In this document: piece by piece, positions 20,749-28,715 of the stretch
Numbering within the stretch: the first letter of the stretch is position 1
How the letters are laid out: every line of letters starts with the position of its first letter
From: Sphingobacteriia bacterium
GTDB lineage: Bacteria > Bacteroidota > Bacteroidia > UBA7662
Direction of reading: 5' to 3'
Length of the DNA: 64,000 nt
Assembly (NCBI GenBank): GCA_009927485.1
Contig: RFMW01000091.1
Coordinates: 12,319-76,318 of the forward strand
Translations under genes and position numbers: made by a program
Notes under the pieces: model-generated
Databases searched by the model: none
Told to the model about the DNA's origin: nothing
The model's input: only the letters and a program-made list of their open reading frames with translations

Positions 20749-21813
20749 ATGCCCCATCCCATTTTTCCTACGACCCGAATCGAAAATTCCCGCTTGCCGC
20801 AGGTTGATTTCGATCATCTGCCCTTCGGCAAAGTCTTTGCAGATCACATGTTTGTTGCCGAATTCCAGGATGGGCAATGGCAAAACGCCCGCATTGTGCC
20901 CTACGGCGAGATTCCTACCAATCCAGCAATTTCTGCCTTGCATTACGGGCAATCCATTTTTGAGGGTCTCAAAGCCTACAGGGACCAGAAAGGTAAGGTC
21001 CAGGTTTTCCGCCCTTACGATAACATGAGTCGCATGATTCGCTCGGCAGGGAGGTTGTGCATGCCTGCCATCACCGAGGAAATTTTCATCGGTGGCCTCA
21101 AAGCCCTCTTGGAATTGGATCAGGAATGGGTTCCCCGTCAGCCCGGGTACTCCCTTTACATACGTCCCTTCATGTATGCCATCGATGAATATGTGGGGAT
21201 ACGGCCATCTGATTCCTACCGTTTCATCATTTTCAATTGCCCAGTAGGGAATTATTACACGGCGCCTTTGCATGTGAAGGTCTCGGATCGGTATGTGAGG
21301 GCCTTCCCCATGGGTACCGGCTTTGCCAAAGTTGCCGGTAATTATGCGGCAGGCATGTTGCCGTTGAAGCATGCCCGGGAAGCGGGCTACGACCAATTGG
21401 TATGGTTGGACGGAAAGGAAATGAAATACATCGAAGAATCCGGGACCATGAATTTGTTTTTTCAAATTGGTGACACCCTGGTAACCCCCATTGCCGATGG
21501 AACGATTTTGGAAGGAATAACCCGCGACAGTATTCTAGGATTGGCCATCGAAGCCGGCCTTCCTGTCGAAGTTCGCAAAATCAGCATCGATGAAGTCGTC
21601 GCAGCCTACGACCGAAACGAGCTCAAAGACGCTTTTGGAACAGGAACCGCCGCAACCGTGGCCCAAATTTCCAGCATCACCGTGCAGGATCGCCGCTTGG
21701 AATTACCGGCCCTTGAGACCCGAACCTACTCCAACATGCTGGGCCGTATGCTGGACGATATCAAAACCAGCAAAATCCAAGACACGCGGGGCTGGATTAT
21801 GAAATTGAATTAA
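20749..21813 (+). CDS. ilvE: branched-chain amino acid aminotransferase
   Basis: Fold-type IV PLP enzyme: LPFGKVFADHMFV. Catalytic Lys region (NYAAGMLPLKHAREAGYDQ). GTGTAA motif. 354 aa. Confidence 0.9.
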   Translation: MPHPIFPTTRIENSRLPQVDFDHLPFGKVFADHMFVAEFQDGQWQNARIVPYGEIPTNPAISALHYGQSIFEGLKAYRDQKGKVQVFRPYDNMSRMIRSAGRLCMPAITEEIFIGGLKALLELDQEWVPRQPGYSLYIRPFMYAIDEYVGIRPSDSYRFIIFNCPVGNYYTAPLHVKVSDRYVRAFPMGTGFAKVAGNYAAGMLPLKHAREAGYDQLVWLDGKEMKYIEESGTMNLFFQIGDTLVTPIADGTILEGITRDSILGLAIEAGLPVEVRKISIDEVVAAYDRNELKDAFGTGTAATVAQISSITVQDRRLELPALETRTYSNMLGRMLDDIKTSKIQDTRGWIMKLN

Positions 21814-21875
21814 TCCATCCTCATCCAACGAAGCCTTAATTCTTAGACCATTTATTCCCCAACCAAATTCTTCCA

Positions 21876-23225
21876 ATGATCAATTACCTCCACACCTCAA
21901 CCTACAGGCCCAAAATTTCTGGGTTGGTTCTTGCAATTCTCTTATTCGCCATGCAGCAAGGTATCGCGCAAGTCATTGAATTCGAGAAATACCAACTTGC
22001 CAACGGCCTCAAAGTCATCCTCCATCAAGACAGCTCAACCCCTATTGTGGCCGTTACTGTTTCCTACAAAGTTGGGAGTAAAAACGAAGACCCGGCCCGA
22101 ACAGGCTTTGCCCACTTTTTTGAGCATTTGCTTTTTGAAGGAAGCGAAAATATCGGGCGGGGAGAGTACATGAAATTGGTCAAGACCAACGGCGGAGTCC
22201 TTAATGCCAACACATTTTACGATCGAACATTCTACTTTGAGATCTTGCCATCCAATCAATTGGAGTTGGGTCTATGGATGGAGAGTGAGCGCATGCTTCA
22301 TGCCAAAATCGAAGACCAAGGCATTGAAACCCAAAGGGAGGTGGTCAAAGAAGAACGACGTCAGCGCTACGACAATACGCCTTATGGCGGACTGCTGGAT
22401 CAAACCATGCGACGCACTTTTCTGCAGCACCCCTACGGCCGTTCAGTCATTGGCTCCATGGATCACCTGAACTCTGCCAAGCGCGAAGAGTTTATGGACT
22501 TCTACCGCACCTTCTATGTTCCGGACAACGCCGTGCTCTCTATCGCCGGAGACTTTCGTACCGAACAGGTCAAGGCCTGGGTTAACCGCTATTTTGGGAC
22601 CATTCCAACGTCAACGCGCCCTATTCCCAGGCCCAATCCCGCAGAACCCGCTCAGACTGCAGAGCGTATTGACACCGTTTACGATAACATTCAATTGCCT
22701 GCAATAGTCCATTCCTTCAAGATGCCTGCCCAAGGAACCCCTGACTTTTATCCCATGAGCATGCTAACCAGTTTGCTATCGCAGGGTGCATCCTCTCGTT
22801 TTCAGAAATCCATCGCAGATCGTCAGCAGAAAGCGGTTGCCGTTGGGGCATTCCCGCTGGGAATGGTGGATCATGGGGTCGCCATCATGTACGGCATTGT
22901 CAACATGGGCGTTTCAGCGGATTCCTTGAACCTGGCCATGAAGGAAGAATACCGGCAGATTCGGGAGGAAACCGTGCAACAGTCCGAACTGAACAAATTG
23001 CTTACCCAACTCGAAAGCGATCGGGTTGCCCAGTTGGGAACCGTTCAGGGAATTGCCGAGCAGTTGAGCGACTATGAACTTTTTTATGGGGATGCCAACC
23101 TGATCAACACGGAATTTGAACGTTTTCGGAAGGTTACCCCGGAGGATATTCGCCGCGTGGCCAATACCTATTTGGTTCCCAGCAACCAAGTGACCTTGTA
23201 CTATATGCCCAAGCCTAAACCTTGA
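21876..23225 (+). CDS. M16-family zinc peptidase (active subunit), secreted
   Basis: Inverted zinc motif HxxEH (HFFEHLLFEGS). Signal peptide. 449 aa. Confidence 0.85.
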   Translation: MINYLHTSTYRPKISGLVLAILLFAMQQGIAQVIEFEKYQLANGLKVILHQDSSTPIVAVTVSYKVGSKNEDPARTGFAHFFEHLLFEGSENIGRGEYMKLVKTNGGVLNANTFYDRTFYFEILPSNQLELGLWMESERMLHAKIEDQGIETQREVVKEERRQRYDNTPYGGLLDQTMRRTFLQHPYGRSVIGSMDHLNSAKREEFMDFYRTFYVPDNAVLSIAGDFRTEQVKAWVNRYFGTIPTSTRPIPRPNPAEPAQTAERIDTVYDNIQLPAIVHSFKMPAQGTPDFYPMSMLTSLLSQGASSRFQKSIADRQQKAVAVGAFPLGMVDHGVAIMYGIVNMGVSADSLNLAMKEEYRQIREETVQQSELNKLLTQLESDRVAQLGTVQGIAEQLSDYELFYGDANLINTEFERFRKVTPEDIRRVANTYLVPSNQVTLYYMPKPKP

Positions 23226-23299
23226 GCTTCCTGGTCTTTTCCTTACTACTTGGTCTTTTCCTTCACATTGTACATTCCATTCGATCCATACCCCTTGTT

Positions 23300-25510
23300 A
23301 TGAAATTCAAAACTTTTTTCCTGGTTTTTCTCGCCTTTCTCTACGGCAACTCCTCCAATCCTTCGACGGTCCTATCTACTGCCCATGCGCAGACCAAAGC
23401 TAAGTCCGTAAAAGCTTCGCCTTCAAAATCCTATCACAGGAAAATCGTAGCCCCCACCCCCCCCATTGTGGTGGAAACACCCCTAGATCGTAGCGTTAAA
23501 CCCCTTCCTCAACCAGCCCCTGAAATTCGATGGGCCGAAGCCGAACGCTGGGAATTGGACAACGGCCTCAAAGTGTTTTTGGTCCCCAATCGCAAGCTCC
23601 CCCGCATAAGTTTGTCCCTGGTTTGGGACTACGATCCCGTGCTTGAAGGCTCCAAAGCCGGTTTATCCAATATCACCGGGGATCTTATCAAATGCGGGAC
23701 TGCCAACAAAACCAAAGAAGAATTTGACGAAGCCGTGGACCGGCTGGGCCTGACGCTCTCCTCCTCCGCCACCTCCGTTTACGCTTCGGCCCTTAGTCGT
23801 AACATGGAACCTGTCTTTGCTCTGGTTGGTGAAATGCTCACCCAACCCCTGTATCGGCAAAGTGAATTGGAACGTTTGGTCAAGCAAAGCCTTTCCAATC
23901 TAGAAACCGAGAAAAGCAGTGCCGAATCCATCGCCGAACGAGTTTTGTCCAAACTTTTGTACGGTGCGAACCACCCGTACGGTGAGATCATGACCTCCGC
24001 TGGACTGGAGTCCATTCAATTAACTGATTGTGAACAGTTTAGAGATCAGTACCTGAGGCCCAATTGCGCTTATTTGGCCATTGTTGGGGATATCGATAGG
24101 GCATCTGCTGAGCGCCTAACTCGGCATTACTTGGGAAATTGGTCCAAAAACCCAGTCCCAGTTCACAAACATGCTTTACCCAAGGCCCAACAAGGCGTTC
24201 GTGTGGTGGTAGTGGATCGTCCCGAGGCCGTTCAGTCGGTGATTCGAATTGCGAACACGGTACAGCTCTACCCTGGTTCTCCCGAAGTCATCCCTTCATC
24301 GGTGATGAATACCATCCTGGGGGCTAGCGATGCCCGACTCTTTGACAACCTTCGCGAAACCCACGGTTATACCTACGGTGCCTATTCTTCCCTTAGCCGG
24401 AATCCTTTGATTGGACAATTCCGTGCCTATGCCCAAGTACGTAATGCGGTCACCGACAGTGCCGTGCGTGAATTCTTCTTCGAACTCAACCGTATCCGAG
24501 ATACCTTGGTTCCTAACGAAGAATTACAGGGCGTGCTCAACTATCTCAACGGAACCTTTTCGATCTCTCTGCAGAATCCTCAAACCATCGCAGGATTTTA
24601 CATCGATCAGGAGCGTTACAAGATGTCGACCTCGTATTACCGGAATTATTTGCAAGAATTAGCAGGCGTTGATGCAGCCAAAGTCCAAGACATGGCTCGC
24701 AAAATGATACAACCTCAAAACTGCCTCGTGATCTGCGTGGGCAAAGGTTCAGAAATAGGCCCAAAGCTCAAGGCTTTGGACAGTGACGGCAAAATCGAAT
24801 GGGTGGATTGGAACGGTGACATCACCGAAGACCCCACCGCCATCAAATTACCGGCCAACGTGACTTTGGAATCCGTATTGAATCAGTACATCCAAGCCAC
24901 CGGCGGCGCCAAAGCATGGTCCAAAGTCAAAGGCATGCGCACTGTCATGTCAGCCACCCTGCAAGGCATGAATCTGGATTTAATCGAGATCAAACAAAGC
25001 AAACCCTTGGCTTCCTTGACCACGGTCAAATTGAACGGCTCCATGGTGATGACCTCCGATTTGTACAAAGACGGAAAGCTATCCCGCAAGAGCATGCAAG
25101 GAGATCGGCCTGCAGACGCCGAAGAAACCGCTCAGCAAGCCCTCGACGCCCTACCTTGCCCGGAGATCGAGTGGCTAGCTCAATCCAACGGTAAATTGAA
25201 GTTGGGAGGAGCGGCCATTCTCAACAAAGAGGTCTGCGCAAGACTGGATTGGACATACCTGAATGGGAATACCGAAAGTCATTTCTACAACCTTCGTACA
25301 GGGCTCAAAGTGCAAACAGTGCGCAGCTCCAAAGGCCCTGATGGTAAAGAGGCTTCCAACACAAGTTCCTTTGCCGACTACAGGGATATAGGCAAAGGGC
25401 TTTTGATTCCCCATAAAGTCAATATCAGCATGGGCCCTCAACAAATTGAATTTCAAGTCAAAGAGGGTAGCCTAAATCCCAAACTTAAAGACAGCGATTT
25501 CGCGCATTGA
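23300..25510 (+). CDS. M16-family peptidase-like protein (non-catalytic partner with C-terminal extension)
   Basis: M16 fold without the HxxEH motif. Signal peptide (MKFKTFFLVFLAFLYG). 4-bp overlap and coupling with the upstream active M16 subunit. Extra C-terminal domain of about 250 aa. Confidence 0.7.
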   Translation: MKFKTFFLVFLAFLYGNSSNPSTVLSTAHAQTKAKSVKASPSKSYHRKIVAPTPPIVVETPLDRSVKPLPQPAPEIRWAEAERWELDNGLKVFLVPNRKLPRISLSLVWDYDPVLEGSKAGLSNITGDLIKCGTANKTKEEFDEAVDRLGLTLSSSATSVYASALSRNMEPVFALVGEMLTQPLYRQSELERLVKQSLSNLETEKSSAESIAERVLSKLLYGANHPYGEIMTSAGLESIQLTDCEQFRDQYLRPNCAYLAIVGDIDRASAERLTRHYLGNWSKNPVPVHKHALPKAQQGVRVVVVDRPEAVQSVIRIANTVQLYPGSPEVIPSSVMNTILGASDARLFDNLRETHGYTYGAYSSLSRNPLIGQFRAYAQVRNAVTDSAVREFFFELNRIRDTLVPNEELQGVLNYLNGTFSISLQNPQTIAGFYIDQERYKMSTSYYRNYLQELAGVDAAKVQDMARKMIQPQNCLVICVGKGSEIGPKLKALDSDGKIEWVDWNGDITEDPTAIKLPANVTLESVLNQYIQATGGAKAWSKVKGMRTVMSATLQGMNLDLIEIKQSKPLASLTTVKLNGSMVMTSDLYKDGKLSRKSMQGDRPADAEETAQQALDALPCPEIEWLAQSNGKLKLGGAAILNKEVCARLDWTYLNGNTESHFYNLRTGLKVQTVRSSKGPDGKEASNTSSFADYRDIGKGLLIPHKVNISMGPQQIEFQVKEGSLNPKLKDSDFAH

Positions 25511-25527
25511 TCTCTATATCGCCCCCT
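25511..25527. terminator. putative bidirectional hairpin between convergent genes
   Basis: GCCCCC-TTCGA-GGGGC inverted repeat immediately after the M16 partner stop and before the thioesterase stop. Confidence 0.35.
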
Positions 25528-25577
25528 TCGAGGGGCCTTAATCCAGTCCCGCCAAGGTCGAGGGTTTAGGCCGGGTT

Positions 25578-26108
25578 CTATTCGAAAATGGAGCGTAACT
25601 CGTTGGCTTCGTGGGGCTTCATTCGACCTCCCAAAACCAGCCTAAGTTGCCGCCTGCGCAAGGCTCCTGCAAAGTGAATTTGATCTTCCTCTGATTCAGG
25701 AACCAGTTCAGGAACCGGGGTTGGCATACCGCCGTCATCCACCGCGACAAAGGTGAAGTAGGCCTTGTTGCACAAATGACGGATTCCTTGAGGAATGTTT
25801 TCGCACCAAACCTCCAGGTGAACCTCCATGGAAGTTTGAAAGGCCCGGGTTACCCTGGCGGTTAAACTTACCAAATTCCCAAGTCGAATTGCACGATTGA
25901 AGCTCACATTGTCCACGGATGCGGTAACCACAATGCGGTTGGCATGCTTCTGGGCTGCAATCGCTGCACAAATATCCATCCAATGCAAGAGCCGCCCCCC
26001 CATCAAATTGTTTAACGTATTGGTATCGTTGGGCAGGACCAATTCGTTCATCACCGTTAGGGACTGCGATGGATTCTTGGGCATGGTGTTCGAAGACATA
26101 GGAGGCAA
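25578..26108 (-). CDS. acyl-CoA thioesterase (hotdog fold, YciA-like)
   Basis: LVLPNDTNTLNNLMGGRLLHWMDICAAIAA...VTASVDNVSF, typical of the 4HBT/acyl-CoA thioester hydrolase family. Confidence 0.8.
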   Translation of the reverse strand: MPPMSSNTMPKNPSQSLTVMNELVLPNDTNTLNNLMGGRLLHWMDICAAIAAQKHANRIVVTASVDNVSFNRAIRLGNLVSLTARVTRAFQTSMEVHLEVWCENIPQGIRHLCNKAYFTFVAVDDGGMPTPVPELVPESEEDQIHFAGALRRRQLRLVLGGRMKPHEANELRSIFE

Positions 26109-26109
26109 T

Positions 26110-27990
26110 TTATTGAACGAGAATTTTGCAAGGGTGGATGGCGCCGTTAAAGTCCTTTAATAACAACAGATAAATACCCGGCGTCAATGCCCTGGACGGG
26201 ATTTCAAAGGCATAAGACCCTTCCGATTCTTGTTCAGTTTCGTAAGAAATTTGACCCATCAAGACCCCTGCCGTATTCCATAGTTGGGCGGAGCTCAATT
26301 GACCAGGGCCTTTAAAGTAAATAACCGGATTAGAGGCCTGCACAGGATTCGGAACCACAGACCATTGGGTAGGTAGGGTATTTTCATCGGAGCGGATGCT
26401 TGCCGGATAACGAAAAGGTCCCCCCATGACCGGTCGGATCATCCAAGAACCAGCAATGGAGGATTCCTCCCAAATCCCTTGGGTATTGTACCAACGGTTG
26501 TATCGGACCAAGGTATCGTTGCGATCCAGTCCGATATTGATAAGCCCTGGAGTTTCTTGTTGCCAACCTATATAGAATGAATCCTGCACCAATAAAGGGG
26601 GATTGATGGCAAAGTATTGAAAATGCCCAATGCTATCTCCGTAACGTGGACGGTAAGGGATAGGCGATCGAAAAATTTCGGTAGCGGCTCTGCCCCCTTC
26701 TTGGATTTGCGACCAAACCTTGAGGACAAACAATTCGTTGGAGGCATTGGCCGCAGCTTGGGTGAAGTACATCCAAACACCCCTCAGGGTATCGGGTTTG
26801 GATAACCAAAATTTATTCGCACAAGAACCGGCAACCACGTTAATTCCGTAGCCGGTTTCGGCGGTTCCATCATCGTAAGCAAACTCATTCCACAGCTTGA
26901 CGCTCTCGTTCAAGGTATCGTTACGAGGTAGGTTGTCAACAGTGGCCTGCACCACGTATTCAATTCGCAGGGTCAGGCTATCCGCACTGCTTGTTGGAAC
27001 GGCAAACCGTTGAAAAATCAACCCCGAACTGCTCAACGTCCCCAGGGTTAACGAAGGCAAGGGACTGCTGTTGATCAACGGAACGGTAGCGTTTTGGGCA
27101 AAGACCCGGTAAGAACGATCGTAGGTTACTGAACTCCCGTTGTTCACCACCGATACACCGTGGGTTGGGTTCAAGAACCTGGAGGTATCCTCCATAAATT
27201 GATTGAGCGGCATGCTGCGGTAAGGTCGCAAATACGTTGCGTTGGTTTGCACCAAAGCAAGATCATCAAAGAGGGTATCCGAACTTGACCTGCCGGCGTC
27301 GAGGAACACGTAATCCAAATGCCAGCAATCCACCAAACCCGTAAGTGACCCGTAATTGACCCATCGCATACGCATGCCATCGTAGAGGTACTGCGGATCG
27401 CTTAGGCCAATCACCGCAAATCGAAAGGGTTGAACCGAGGAACCGTTGGCATGCCAAACCTTGTTCCAAGACCCGCTGTTGGACTGAAATTCCAAAATCA
27501 ACGAGTCGGTGGGCTCAGGGCTTTCGGACCAACCGGCCGGTTGATACGCAAAAGTCAAAAACAACGAATCAACCGAGGAATATCCTCCAAGACGAAGAGG
27601 CCTCGAGGTCAAATAATCCGCTCGACCCGATGCGGACAAGGCGCTGTTATCGTAAGGCCTGCCCGTAGAATCCAAACCATCAAAGGTCACAAATCCTTGA
27701 CCAGGAGGTCGAATCGCCATATCGTTGTTACGAAAAACATGACGATCAGCCCAGCGCTGAGGGTCCGGAAAATAACCTGAATAGGAGAAGTCATCCACGA
27801 AGGGCAAAGCCAACGTATCGGTGGATCGCTGAGTCCTTGCATGAAGGCTTGCTGCACTCGGGGCAGGATGGTCACGAAGAATGGAGTTATGCCGAATAGG
27901 GTAAATACCCTCCTGGGCCATAACCTTGACCCAACTTGCCAACGACAAGAGCCCAACAAGTCCAAGACAGCGAATCAATCGGCCAACCAT
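26110..27990 (-). CDS. secreted protein with T9SS type-A C-terminal sorting domain
   Basis: Signal peptide. C-terminal approx 80 aa (WSVVPNPVQASNPVIYF...TPGIYLLLLKDFNGAIHPCKILVQ) matches the Por/T9SS CTD-A pattern. Confidence 0.75.
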   Translation of the reverse strand: MVGRLIRCLGLVGLLSLASWVKVMAQEGIYPIRHNSILRDHPAPSAASLHARTQRSTDTLALPFVDDFSYSGYFPDPQRWADRHVFRNNDMAIRPPGQGFVTFDGLDSTGRPYDNSALSASGRADYLTSRPLRLGGYSSVDSLFLTFAYQPAGWSESPEPTDSLILEFQSNSGSWNKVWHANGSSVQPFRFAVIGLSDPQYLYDGMRMRWVNYGSLTGLVDCWHLDYVFLDAGRSSSDTLFDDLALVQTNATYLRPYRSMPLNQFMEDTSRFLNPTHGVSVVNNGSSVTYDRSYRVFAQNATVPLINSSPLPSLTLGTLSSSGLIFQRFAVPTSSADSLTLRIEYVVQATVDNLPRNDTLNESVKLWNEFAYDDGTAETGYGINVVAGSCANKFWLSKPDTLRGVWMYFTQAAANASNELFVLKVWSQIQEGGRAATEIFRSPIPYRPRYGDSIGHFQYFAINPPLLVQDSFYIGWQQETPGLINIGLDRNDTLVRYNRWYNTQGIWEESSIAGSWMIRPVMGGPFRYPASIRSDENTLPTQWSVVPNPVQASNPVIYFKGPGQLSSAQLWNTAGVLMGQISYETEQESEGSYAFEIPSRALTPGIYLLLLKDFNGAIHPCKILVQ

Positions 27991-28715
27991 AAGTCCACAA
28001 ATTCCAACGCCTTGACCATCCCCTTATTGCCACCGGGCATGGGACGTTGGCGAACGATGAGGGCCTTGGAGCTGTCGGATACCTCACCCAAGTAGTTAAC
28101 GGAACCCAAGGACAAGGCCGACTCAGCAAGAAAAATTCGGGCTTCGTCCAAGGTAAGTCCGGTCAGGGAAGGAACCTCCACCAAAGAATCCATATTGCCC
28201 ATGCCAATAACCAAATCAATGGCAGTTCCACGAGCTAGCGGGGTGCCGGCAGCCACGCTAAGGCCATTGCGTCTACCCTCCAGCACGACATTGTGCGCTA
28301 TATCGGGCTGATACAGCAGTTGCCCAACCTTGAATCCTTTGTTTTGCAAATCAAGCGTGGCTTTACGCAAGGACAAATCCGTCAACTGGGGAAGTGCCAC
28401 CATGGGCAAGTCTGCCAAATTGAGGGTCAGATACACCCTCCTGCCTTTTTTGACCAAAAGTCCGGACGAAGGGTCTGTCGCAACCACGGCTGAAGGATCG
28501 AAACCTTCGGTAAATTGGGAATCTGTTACCACAGCTTCCAAGTCCAAGGCCCTTAGAAGTGATTCTGCTTCTTCCTGCGATTTACCCAACAAAGTTGGAA
28601 CCTCTATTTCCTCACCGTGGGAGGTGTACATGTTCAATGCCGCTAGGATGCCAAGGACCAACAACAAGTTGAGGCCCAGGAATTGTATCCAAAATTTGCG
28701 AACAGGCGACATCAT
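27975..28715 (-). CDS. PASTA domain-containing protein
   Basis: N-terminal TM anchor followed by three PASTA-like repeats (VPTLLGKSQEEAESLL..., LPQLTDLSLRKATLDLQNKGFKV..., VPSLTGLTLDEARIFL...). Conserved position downstream of ddl in Bacteroidetes. Confidence 0.75.
   Translation of the reverse strand: MMSPVRKFWIQFLGLNLLLVLGILAALNMYTSHGEEIEVPTLLGKSQEEAESLLRALDLEAVVTDSQFTEGFDPSAVVATDPSSGLLVKKGRRVYLTLNLADLPMVALPQLTDLSLRKATLDLQNKGFKVGQLLYQPDIAHNVVLEGRRNGLSVAAGTPLARGTAIDLVIGMGNMDSLVEVPSLTGLTLDEARIFLAESALSLGSVNYLGEVSDSSKALIVRQRPMPGGNKGMVKALEFVDLWLAD

Noticed and set aside
20710-21465. 5' two-thirds of the 412-aa minus-strand ORF
   Set aside because: Antisense to ilvE, which has strong family motifs. 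Only the non-overlapping 3' tail (20227..20709) is retained as a candidate gene.
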